In this document: piece after piece, positions 12,582 to 23,787 of the stretch
How the letters are laid out: every line of letters starts with the position of its first letter
Position numbering within the stretch: the stretch's first letter is position 1
DNA from: Jimgerdemannia flammicorona
Taxonomy: Eukaryota
Assembly: GCA_003990765.1 (NCBI GenBank)
Contig: RBNJ01000057.1
Location: forward strand, 1 to 45,844
Length of the DNA: 45,844 bases
Reading direction: 5' to 3'
The notes under the pieces: model-generated
What the model was told of the DNA's origin: nothing
The model's database searches: none
What the model saw: only the letters and a program-made list of their open reading frames with translations
Made by a program: the position numbers and the translations under genes

Positions 12582-14592
12582 CAAACTAGTATATAAATAG
12601 TAATACAAAATGCATACAAAAACTAAAACTACATATAATCCAGAATTATATTTAGGAATTTTCACAGGTCAAAAAGTATTCTGAAATACCTGAAATATCT
12701 ATATAGATAAGAGATGTAACCAATATAGATATATATATAATATAAGACTTTTAATAGCCTAAAAAATATCTTATGATCACCTGTATAAAGATCAGTATAA
12801 CAATGTTAGATTTTGCCAAACACTAGCATAGTGTTACTCACAATATTCAAAAAAGGCCCACATTCTCAACATAGTATTCAGACTTATCTTCAGACTTGTT
12901 ATAACTATTATAGAGATTACTGTCATAGATATTGCTGGCCCAATTAGTATTGCAGAAGCCAGATACAAGAATACTACTCCTGCTTAATCTATTGATCATA
13001 TAGTCTGACATTTCTTTGATATACTCATTCTCATTCTCAGATACTGTTCTCTTTGAGAGATTTACCCATATTCTTATCCACTTCTTGTTATCATTAAAGA
13101 GATTTATATACTCTTGGTATGGTATCTTCAGTAGTTTCTGCTCTTTTTGGAATAATTTCTTATCATCAGAGACTTTGTCATCTTTAATATTGGTTATCTT
13201 AGGCTCAGATAGTAGTTGAAAATAATTTTGCTTTACTGCTGAAGATGTAGATGGTAGTGAGGATGCAGTTGATACCAGTTGCTATACTTGTACTGACTGA
13301 GATATAGAAATCATTAGTAGTAATTATTGCCCTTTTGGCTATAAAAAATCATCAATATCTTTATCAACTTTAGTTGCTATAGATTGCTTAGTTGGCACTG
13401 CTGGTGCTGCCTATAGTACTTATTGCAGTACTTATTGTCATAGTTTTGATAATATACTAGATTGTATACTTGACATTGATATTATCTCCCATGCTTTCAT
13501 AGATATTGAACTGATATTTCCAGCTAGAGCATTTTTTGTTAGTTCTCCCAAATTGGCTCCCAAAGGTGATAGTGGTTGCTGGATATGTCCAAGTTGTTCA
13601 TATCAGATATAGATATCACTTAGTATAGTTGTCAAATTAGCCCAGATATAGATGTTATTTGGGATCAATATAGTTATCATTTTTATATACTAGTATATAG
13701 TGTACTGGCAGATAGTATATTGGTAGACAGGTATACCATTGATCATGTAAAGGTTACCTCATTTTGATGCTATCATAAATTGCATTTAATTATTATACAT
13801 CATTATACCTTTTGAATATAAGTACATTTACTTATTTCTATATACTATAATCATTTGTCTTATAGAGAAGAGGTTCTTTTTCAGTTCAGGATTATAGAGG
13901 ATATAGTATAATATAATAGATGTATTGGCTATATTGCCACAGAGTTCTATGTCAATGTTTTCTTGCCCTTTAATATATAATATTATTGCTACTCAGTTCA
14001 ATAGAGATCAGTTTCTTGAACTCTCTGTATATATTGAACTATTTATGGTATAGCATTATATGCTGTATTGTATCAAAGTCTATTAGCTAAATATTGTTAT
14101 CATCAGTTGTGTTGATATATTTGATGCTGGTGACACTGATGTAACTTTTCATCAGTCTATTACCATCAGATAGTTATTTGTAGTTTCTATATTAAGCTTG
14201 GGTTTGGGTTTATCTCCATTGACCTTATTGCTGACTTTATCCACACTTCTGACCTTATTGATAGCATTTCTTGTCCCATCTATAGAGGCTATAGAGGGCT
14301 TTCCTATTATCATCATTACCTTGACCACTTGGGAGGGCTTTGTTGTCACTATCTTGGCAGACTTCTTTGTATATACTCTTAGATCATTCAGAGATCATGA
14401 TGGACCTCTTAGCTAGATTTATGCTTATGTATGATAGAGACTTCTCCTATTATCAGAGTACTTATTATTGGTATATATATCTATATTGCTAGATTGTTTG
14501 TCACTTGACATTTCTAGTACATATATTATATAGTATATATTTATGAGGTATATATGCTATAGCTACTTAATGCTAGTAGGACTTATAACCTT

Positions 14593-14735
14593 TATTAGAA
14601 AGAGGAGTAAAGAAGTGATTTATTCAAAAATACATATATTACATATTTTACATATTATTGATGAATGACATAATACTGATAAAATGGCATGTGGCATAAA
14701 GTCACATATCTACATATCAAGTTGCTATCCCAATA
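14593..14735 (-). repeat. 5' LTR (143 bp) of the non-autonomous copia
   Basis: Direct repeat of 6438-6522 plus 12409-12466. Abuts the copia-type PBS at 14579-14591. Confidence 0.85.
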
Positions 14736-15282
14736 ATACTTCTGAGATTAAGCATCTGCTATATTATATCTAAGTACTTATTGGTTGATAATTTAAGACA
14801 AATATCTTACTTTTAAGCTAAACAATAAATAATTGATACTGTCTGAATACTTACTCAAGTTGAATCAAGATAGTTAGTAAGATAGATATAAGACTATTAG
14901 TATTCTATAGATATATATATCTCTGATAAATTTATTATTATTTTAGTTGATGATTTTGAGCAATATACTACTATAAGAAATCTATCAATAGTATAGCAAG
15001 TAGCCCTCATACTCTTTAGTCTCTGAGACTTAGTAAGAGCTATATTTATAGATATAAACTATATAGAACAAGATGATATCACAATATTAATAGTATAGAA
15101 GATCTGGTTGCAAACTATCTACTATATATATATATATATATATAAAATTAAGCAGATATTGAAGGACAAACTCAATATAATCTGTTAAGAATGAGTGAAG
15201 ATCCAAATATCTTCTATACTTAAATCTGCTATTAGATAATTTTTGTAGACTATGTTAATATTATCAGAGATCAGATAGTTGA

Positions 15283-16465
15283 TATGCCTCTTTCTCCACT
15301 ACCTTACTGGTTACAATGGTTTGGTAGGCAACCTTCTAAGTCCACTTTCCATAATTATTACCCTCTCTACCTTGGGTTGGTTTGCTGTACCTGTTGCAGG
15401 GTAGTGGGAGGGAGGCAATAGTGATGAGTTGCCCCTTTATTGGTATCAGATCAGTGTCTTCTCCACTTTTTCATAGTTTCTAGTACCTTTGGCTATGTCT
15501 GGAGTATATCTGTTTTGGTGCGGCACCTTCTTTCTTTTGCCATTGCCAATAAGGTGCTGTCTTGGTATATCTCAGGCTATATAGGGAGTCAGCTGACCTT
15601 GGGTATCAAGTGCTCAGTATAGGTTACCTGCAGGTTCTTGGTACCTATAGTGAGGCCCTCTGGCTTTGGTGAGCTTCTCAATGAGCATAGTTCTGGCATA
15701 GGCAACTGTTTTTTGGATGTTATTGGGATGAGAGGGGAGATGGCCATCACAGATAAGAGAAAGGGTGATAACAGTGAACCAGTAGGGTGTCAGGCTGGGA
15801 GCAGTTGTTGGGGCTGAGGTGGGTGCTGCTTTAGTGGGGTCCTTTGATTGATGCAGTGTAGTTAGGTGATAGGTGTCACTATTGGCTTCTTTTGGCAATT
15901 TGGTGGATTGGGCTCTGATTGTTAGAGAGGGTTGGGGGGCCTGAGGCTACCCATTTCAGGTATCTTGGCTGCACTCAACTGGAACCAAAGCTGATATAGC
16001 AATGTGATTGAGGTCTGCAAGCTTGAGTAGTGGGGTATTGAGGGTCTCCTCCTACCTCACATGTAAGTTCTTTACTCACCTCGACTGAGAGAATCAGATC
16101 CTACCCACCATATTGTGCTTTGATGAGGGTTTTTCTTTGTCTGTCATTCTCTTTGGGGTGGTAGGAGCTATTCTATTTGGCTTGGGCATGGCCTTGTACA
16201 TACATTGGGTTCTCGGGTATGTGCTTTCAGTCATTGACATATGGTTGGGTTTCCCCTAGTAGTAGGGAGAGCATGGTGTGCAGAATGAGATGCAGGCCAC
16301 CATTGGCCCTGCTGTGTCTGATATAGTTGAGCTGCTGGACAATAGCTAGCCTAGGTTAATGATGGGGCAGTGCTTGATGGGTAGTGGGAGAGGGTTTTGA
16401 CCTATATAGTCTAGGTTTCCTTTCAATAAAAATCTGTGGGATATAGAGTCTGTTAAATAAAAAAA
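15283..16465 (+). mobile_element. 5'-truncated non-LTR retrotransposon (a different family) with a perfect 17-bp TSD
   Basis: TSD AGAGATCAGATAGTTGA at 15266-15282 and 16466-16482. AATAAA at ~16425 and an A-rich tail. The LAWAWPC/LYIHWVL region near 16180-16210 resembles the ORF2 C-terminus of the other LINEs. Confidence 0.75.
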
Positions 16466-17267
16466 AGAGATCAGATAGTTGAAATATCTTTATAAAAGAA
16501 AATTTATCCAGAGATAGCTATAGTAAGCTAATTATCTTTAGTAGTTCTGAACTTATTATAAAAGATGACTTATACTTAGCAATACTAAATAGTCATATAC
16601 TTCCAAGACTATATAATAGAAAGAGTCACTAAAGTTAGAGTTTAAGTATTTAAGATAATTAGTATAATTTCTACAACTATGGTCAACCAAAATACACTTC
16701 AGCTAAAAGCTATAGAGTAGTAGAAAAATTATAATTCTATAGAGAAATATACTAAGAAATTTGCCAAAATAATTATATATTAAGAGATATATATAGTAAA
16801 AGAAATTAAAGAAAGAGATTATTATCTAGTTCAGAAGTTTACTATTACTATAGATAAGAAGAGAGACATCTGCTATACTTTTGAAGAAGAAGGCCACTAC
16901 TTTATAAATATATATATAAGATCTAATATAAGGTCTAGCTAAGTTATATTTATCAAAAAGATTAGTTATATATATAACAAATAGAAATGATATAATTTTG
17001 GTTATTAAAAATAGAAATATATAGACTTCTTGCTTATATTTATAATAACTATAGTTGAGACTATATTTTTTATAATAATATATATAGGTATATTGATTAT
17101 ACTATGTTTTTTTATTTTTATTTTTATAATTATTAGAGTATTTTATTAATAACCTAATCTATACTATATATATATAAAATTTTCTCTTATAATAGTATAA
17201 CTAGTAGCTCAGAAGGATAAGATTTAAGAAGTCTTGAGACCCTTAGTCTATTTCTCTCTTTTACCTT

Positions 17268-17940
17268 ATTTTTTTAACTATCAGAGTATTTTATCTTTTT
17301 TCTATTTTCTACTCAATCTCCTTGGGTCTAAACTTCAACTGTTTCTGACTTTTCTATATCACTATTACTACTCTCTTAAGTATATCTCCATTCTTCTTTA
17401 CTCTCTATAACTACTATCTCTATACAATCTCTCTCATTACTTACTACTACTACTCTATTAAGATCTTTATCTCCATTTATCTCTCTCCTTCAATACTCAC
17501 TATCAATAATAAGTCATAATTATCTATAGACCAATAATCCTTCTAAAGTTCTCTCATATATCTTCAATCCTATCTATCAGATATTCTATAAGATTACTAT
17601 AATAGCCTTATCCTCTGATCTCTACTATCCCAATGATCTTTCAACATCTGCTAAAATTTTCCACTCTTCTATATTCTGCTAAGATATGTTCTGGTGTTTA
17701 TACTCTACTTCTGCCTATCTCTTTACACCACTCATACTCTAAGCAGCTCTCTATATATATATATCCAATTAGTTCAATAATTCAATATAATATTCTTTCT
17801 CAAAAACTACTAACAAATTACCCAGAATCTGGGTTGAACTATATACTGCAACTCATCAGCCCAATTCCACACTCTTCCCTACTCTCAAGTCTCTCTAAAC
17901 CCAGTTTTCTACCAACCAACAGGTTATCTCTCCAGAGGTA
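17268..17940 (-). mobile_element. Decayed 3' fragment of an L1/Tx1-like LINE
   Basis: The minus strand resembles the ORF2 C-terminus (PRFWV.. region; ends CCAAGGAGATTGAGTAG, like PRGIG*). A T-run at ~17269-17275 marks the tail. The 5' boundary is approximate. Confidence 0.6.
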
Positions 17941-18052
17941 AAGTGCTTATGCTTATTGTGTCCATATTGTCAGACTGATCTAATACTATTTTTAATATAG
18001 TATATGTGTTAGAGATTCATTTTACTAGCCACTAAGTGGGGCTCATAACCTT

Positions 18053-18168
18053 TGTAGTGGAATTCACTGGCAAAAGAGGGTGGTTTTTATTACTTACAAA
18101 GTTGCATATTTCATATAAACGATGTGGTGTAAAGTCACGTGTTTACATGTCGAGTTGTCATCCCAACA
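18053..18168 (-). repeat. 5' LTR (116 bp) of a third copia element, with intact PBS at 18038-18051
   Basis: TG...CA ends. 18122-18168 matches LTR 14689-14735 but keeps its CpGs. The adjacent GGGCTCATAACCT reads AGGTTATGAGCCC on the minus strand, the half-tRNAiMet PBS typical of copia. Confidence 0.8.
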
Positions 18169-20190
18169 GACCTCAGCCCCTCGCATTGGTGCTTTAAGTT
18201 CACTTACCTGGGCTGGGTTGATCATGAGGACGAATCCAAGCTGCAGCAGCAATTCCTTTGGTAAATGGCATGAGTTATTCGGGAAGACATTAGAAAGAGA
18301 GCGGTGGCCTTAGAACAATATGGACCATCCCCCCCAGTATTGGGACCTGCGAGATCGGAAGGGAGGGACGCCATAAGATATGTGAAGCCAACGCAACTCC
18401 ACCTCGTGGTGCCTTCTCGGCAATGTATTATTATTTTTAGATATTTCGGAACGTCGGGCATCCCAAACATTAGGCTACCATACATTTATTTGTCTGTGTT
18501 TTGCAATACATAGATGAAATATAAAACACTTTCAAATTATAATTATTATCAAATATTCAAACCACATTCCAAATATCTGGCCCTTGACGCCGGGCACTTG
18601 AAATCGTCACATTTCAATTGTAAAAGGCGAGTTTAAAGCGGCTGTAAGCGATCGAGCTTTCCGGAGCAATGTGATAAGAAGCGTAGCTGACCCATTTTTC
18701 AATTTATTAATTTAGGTGCAACAAATGCGTCGGAGTTCGTTGTTGATGGCTTGTCAGAACGTTGTCGTCGCCGGTACTTCAAATCTTCAATCGCGGTTAA
18801 ACTTCATCTACAAATATGACCTTGAAAAGATACTCACATGCGATCGAGCTGCCAAGGAAAGATTCCACCGTGGAAGAGATGGGTCGTCCTTTCTCTTCGC
18901 TTGCATGACAAACTGCTGCCTTCAGTATTGCACACGACACAATATAGCGTTCAATTCAAGTTTCTCCTTGCGTTCACAAATCTGGACGAGGCAAGGAGAT
19001 TGTTGCTCCCCAAGGTAAATCGAGTCACGTTTGGAATGATCAATTACCCAGTACGTCATTACAAATTTGGTCATTATTTATTTGCTTGAAACCCTGCAGC
19101 TGCCAAGCGCCACATCAGCGCCAGCTGCGGATATCGGTATGTATTACAATTTTGCACAACAACAGGCTTTGGAGCGAACAATGCAACCAAGAGCAATCCG
19201 TAGTCGACCTCGGTGAGCACGATCATGAAAGCACGCACGAGCATATGACTTGAAAGCCTAAGGAGCAAACGTTAACATATCATCACAAAATCACGTGACA
19301 TAATTACATGGCATACTTGGTGTATACACATGTGCTTACAGGTCCTCAACGGCACTCAATGCACGGTACCTGGAATTTATGATAAATGTGATCTGATAGT
19401 TACATTTACCCCGACAACCTTTTGGTTTCGAAGATGACATTAACAACGATTACAAATATTCTCCCACAGCCCAATACGATCACCAACATCAAGTTCTCCG
19501 GTGTCACTACAAACAGTGCAGTAAATGTTTGTTGGTATCAGGTCATCTTTCGTCGCACATTGGTCTCTGATTCGTGCTCTTTTTTTGTCAAACTGAAGAT
19601 AGCGTCGAGCTCAGCGGAGTTCAGCACGTTTTCTTGTGCTCGGAGATTTAAGGTACCTATATCAGCCGAAATCCACGTGACAGTTAAAAAGGAGCTTTAG
19701 CCTTTTCGTAGTCATGTTTTTCCTTGATGTAATTTTTCATTTGAGTTATGGCTAAGTGGGTAGCAAACTGAATCGTAAAGATATCTGTATATCCGCAATG
19801 TATGTTGCAATCCGTTTTGTGATGCTCGCATCGAGCCGCAAGAAAACGTACAGATGACAGAAGATGTACCGTGACTGTTGAATTTTTGCAAAGGTGACAC
19901 TTTGGTCAGATGCTGGGGCGGAATGTAACAGTCCAGCTGAGTTCATTGCCCATTACAAACATTACGCCTTTATTCTGACAAGCGCAACCGACAGTCAATC
20001 ATGTCATTATACCAGCGGATTTAAATATATATATATATATATTAGAAAACAACAAAGACGAAGTCCCCCACCTTCATCGGAAACCCTAAAAACCTGAAGC
20101 AGGTATATATACTTGGCAAACCAATCTTCCTACACACCTTTAATTCTACCTCTGTTACTTACTGATCGCATCTCATATAAAAAAGGACGC

Positions 20191-20718
20191 ATGGTCGTCA
20201 TCAAGGGCATTCTCCTGGCAATTCTTGGCATACTTGCGTTTTCAGTTTGCGGTAGTTTGGCCTTTTTCGAGAGAGACAGTGAAGAAACAAAGTTCGTTGA
20301 AGGTATACCTTTTATTGGCTACGTTGCCTCTGTCGTCCACGCGCGCGCCGGCAATCGTGATCACGCCAGGCGCGCTGCCGCCAAAAGCACCAATTCTCTC
20401 TTGAAGGCAACCGGCGCAATAGTTGGCGGCGTTGTAGGTGGCCCAGCTGGTGCCATCGTAGGTCGCGCGGCTATGAGTTCTGTAGGCGTTCGTGTCGAAT
20501 ATGCTATCGCCGAGCGCATTGAAGACGAATCTGTACGTTGCACTGTCGGGGCCGTCAAGCCAAAGGTATTCCTTCACGACATGGTATTTTCTGCAATTGA
20601 CGGAGGTATTGGAAACTTTGGTAGTTCTTTGGTAAAGAAGGGTTCCGTCAAAAAATTTCTCGCCGAACAAGCCACTAGAGTCGTGGTGGCTAAAGTCTCA
20701 AAAATAGCCGTATACTGA
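20191..20718 (+). CDS. Small secreted protein (175 aa) with N-terminal signal peptide and glycine zipper; function unknown
   Basis: Intact ORF from ATG 20191 with normal CpG content. Hydrophobic leader MVVIKGILLAILGILAFSVCGSLA, motif EGIPFIGYVASVVHARAGN, and zipper GAIVGGVVGGPAGAIVG. Confidence 0.75.
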   Translation: MVVIKGILLAILGILAFSVCGSLAFFERDSEETKFVEGIPFIGYVASVVHARAGNRDHARRAAAKSTNSLLKATGAIVGGVVGGPAGAIVGRAAMSSVGVRVEYAIAERIEDESVRCTVGAVKPKVFLHDMVFSAIDGGIGNFGSSLVKKGSVKKFLAEQATRVVVAKVSKIAVY

Positions 20719-21232
20719 AGCTGGCGTTTGCGAAACCTATCTCAGCGATTTAATATTTTTCTCGACATCTTCATTTGTTCCGGAGCTGAGCGATAAAATT
20801 TTTGTGCTATAGACGACGTGCTCTCTTGTATATCCACCAAAACTCTTATATTAGATTGCAATTTTCTGTGAAATAACAATTGTAAATAACTGACGCAAAT
20901 ACACGAAATCTTTCTAACTTTCCATGTGTGGCATGAATATATCCGACTACTTTGATGCGTTAAAGTGAGAAAAGTAATAAAGGTCACCTCGAAATTGTCA
21001 TGCAAAGTAACAAAATTCAAGTTACAACCGACACGTCAACATCAGCAACATTAATTATGCGACGGCGACCACCACCAAATCCACTCGATCCTCCAAAGCG
21101 ACGTTACTCCAACGTCAAAGGGAAATACCCGTCGTGCTGAAAAAATCTTATATCGACGTCATATCCGCACCATTTGTTTTACTTGTATAAGCCTATTAAA
21201 CAATATTCAGATAATGTGGAACTACTTCAGGG

Positions 21233-21820
21233 TCAGAAAGACGACACGCTGGAACTCTTCCGTGAAGTGCGATTACAGCGATTGCTTATTTTGCAAGTCA
21301 AAATCCTATCCGTGAGAAATCTCGGCAACAAGCCAGTCGAGTTCCACTCCTCTGCCTCTGTGACTATCGTCAAGTCTGAAAGTTCCCTTTTGTCATGGCC
21401 AAGAAGACCAAGACCGACAGGCTCTGAATGTTTTCCGGTGATTGTCATTTTTGCCACTGGTAAGGTCATTTAAATGGCTCTCGCTACTTTGATTAACCGA
21501 TTACCAACTCCCCTTTGCTGCTCCAATAACCGGTAATCAAACAATTGTCTATGTTTGTCATCGATTTTTATTTGGGTGAATGCGTGCATGAGGAATGCTT
21601 CTGTCTCGAATGCGTTGCATTGGTCAGTTTGATAAGAACCCGACATGAAGTGTAGAGGGATTAAAAACGTGAAGTAACGGCTAATAGTTTGTAGCGAAAG
21701 CGTAGAATTGGACATTGCGCAAAGTGCAGGAAATGCTCAAATATTATGAATAGAATATCCTGATCGAGTAATCGACGCGACGTGTCTTTAACCAGCAATC
21801 CCTTTCGGGATCCCTTCATT
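21233..21820 (-). pseudogene. Possible disrupted or spliced host gene with an F-box-like N-terminus
   Basis: Consecutive minus-strand ORFs (21661-22026, 21470-21715, 21233-21469). LLDQDILFIIFEHF weakly resembles an F-box start. No clean gene model can be built. Confidence 0.25.
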
Positions 21821-22736
21821 TTTGCTCCTAGTAATGAGAAATGGAAGATGTTCGCAGTAATATCTACCCTTCCACAGCGAAGCCAACTGTAGCCCTTGCA
21901 TAATTCAGACCAATTTCTGCTGACCTCGCCCCGTCTCAGTGAACCCATCTGAATGAAAAGCAATGGTATGAATGAAGTAACCGAGCATTTTGTTGCCTTA
22001 TTAAAGGAATCTCTCATGTCTCTCAATCGGAGGTCTTTCGATAAAGATACCTAAAAATACATCATGGCCTTACATTTGCTCAGTGGTACAGATTTTCATT
22101 TGATAGTATTAATATTAGTGGCATTAAAGTTTCAGGAGCTGAAGAATTAGGGCATTAAAAACACTTTCTTGATATATTATGCGAAAGCGACTCCGAACTT
22201 TAACGTGGAATGTATCTGGATCCCAATGGGAAGCGGAATATGCAAAATTTTATCCTCCAGGTATTGCCATCTCGGTGACATCGCTTGCTATATTCTGGCG
22301 TAAATTCTGATAACTCCGACAAGATCCTCGTTTATCATTGGTACATCGGCCACAGTCATTACGAAAAAAGCGACATATATTTTGCAATCATACATATACA
22401 TTGCACATACATACCTTATTGCTGCTAACTTGTTTGCTGTTGTGAACCAAATTGTCTTACATTACATTGATTTATACATCTTATGTGTAACTTGGTCTCA
22501 GGATCAAAAATTTTAAAAATTATACACCAAATATATACATCAAGATTCACGGCAACCAAAGTGGAATTTTATCACAAAAATAAAATAAAATAAAATAAAA
22601 TATAACCCCTAAGTATAGTGAATATTCTACTTGAATTACTTAAAGTTTATCTCTAAATATCAATCTTAATATTTATTTATTAAATATTCACAAAGGAGAA
22701 TATATCTGAATTATTACTCTATATATTGTAATGTAC

Positions 22737-23787
22737 TGTGACGCGCCAAACAGCATAGTATGTATAACCAGATGATGTGAATACCCTAGTTACCCTGTTG
22801 GTGCGGAAATCGTATAAATAATCAGATAGCCCAAAAAGGAAATGGGCAGTGAATGCAAATATCAAACCTATAGTTAGCCACATAGCAACCAGATAGCAAC
22901 CAACTTGTATAAAATACTCCAGAGACAAGAGTGAATAAACCTCAGTCTGGAAAGTCAAAGAAAAAGCAGAGAGCTTCCTTCTCACACTCCGGTCCACTTT
23001 CCAATACAAAGCCTGAGATTTGCCGCAAAAAGTTCGAGTGAAGAACTTCGCCGCCATTTGAAGAGAAACCCGCTGCTTAAGGAAAAGCCAAAGCCAGTCT
23101 ATTTGACACAACTTCGCAGTGAATTTACATTCGCGCAAACGAAGCCAGTCTTTGATGCAACTTTGTCAGTCAAGAAAGATATCCGCGCCATATTTTCGAG
23201 AAGTCTGCCATCTTGCTACAAAGCCAGTCTAGAATAAGACGCGAAGCCAGTCCCTCAACGTAACCTCGCGCAAATGAAGCAGTCTTTGATGTAACTTTGC
23301 TCAAGAATCCACGCCATTCCAGTTATTTTCAAGAAGCCCACTGAATCTGCACTCTCTGCCAAACTGAGTTATCCGAGTTATCTGCCAAAATCGAGTTATC
23401 CGCCAAAATCCGCTTAATACACAGAAATCGCATACTTTTGGAACAAGATCATCACGCCATAAATTGCATAAGGAAATCCACTTGCAGAGATTGTCACGCC
23501 GAAATTACACAATTTTGGAGGATTGTCGCACTATACAGAGATATCGCAACAACCCAAAGAAGGAAGCCTCTGAAATTACAAAGCGCCGCCCTACCCAAGA
23601 ACCGTCCTAATAAGGAAATCTGCCAGAATCAACCGCTGTATCCAGATTTGAAAATTATACTGCTAAACACCAACATCAGGAATTATAGAAGATTTTGTTG
23701 CTTTTTGACAAAGTAACTGGAGGCTCAAGCCAAACTACATAGTACCCCCAACCTTGTAATCTGTCTCTATTGAGCCAGCATGTTACA
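22737..23787 (+). repeat. 5' LTR of gypsy A (~1.05 kb)
   Basis: TGTGAC...GTTACA ends. TATA box TGTATAAAA (~22906) and AATAAA (~22934). Internal AAGCCAGTC and GAGTTATC repeats. Confidence 0.92.

Larger units (their letters stand above)
6438..14735 (-). mobile_element. Non-autonomous internally deleted Ty1/copia element with a 5-bp TSD; its 3' LTR is interrupted by a LINE
   Basis: TSD ATACT at 6433-6437 and 14736-14740. LTRs at 14593-14735 and at 6438-6522 plus 12409-12466. On the minus strand: PBS AGGTTATAAGTCC, PPT GAGCAGAAG, protease (W)LIDFDTIQH and LYNPELKKNLFSI, a WHxRLGH-like motif (~13590-13612), and RNase H start GFCNTNWASN (from GxCDADWAGD, ~12930-12960). Confidence 0.85.
6090..17200 (+). 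pseudogene. Possible PIF1-type helicase (Helitron-like) relic in pieces 6090-6437, 14741-15282 and 16483-~17200
   Basis: Reversing G>A changes gives a Walker A-like GAGGTGK (~6314-6334), YLLVD (~14775) and FIIILV(G)DF(G)Q (~14931-14963). Extremely AT-rich and decayed. Confidence 0.35.

Noticed and set aside
15123-15144. (TA)n runs, also at ~20025-20042, and (TAAAA)n at ~22577-22601
   Set aside because: These are ordinary microsatellites, partly end products of C>T/G>A decay.
20113-20190. 26-aa N-terminal extension of the 201-aa ORF call
   Set aside because: It starts at TTG. The first ATG (20191) places the signal peptide at the N-terminus.
20242-20670. 142-aa antisense ORF
   Set aside because: It fully overlaps the better-supported plus-strand gene and lacks an ATG start.
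22719-23716. ORFs within the A LTR (also 37464-37756)
   Set aside because: They have non-ATG starts and are not preserved as the same ORF in both LTR copies.
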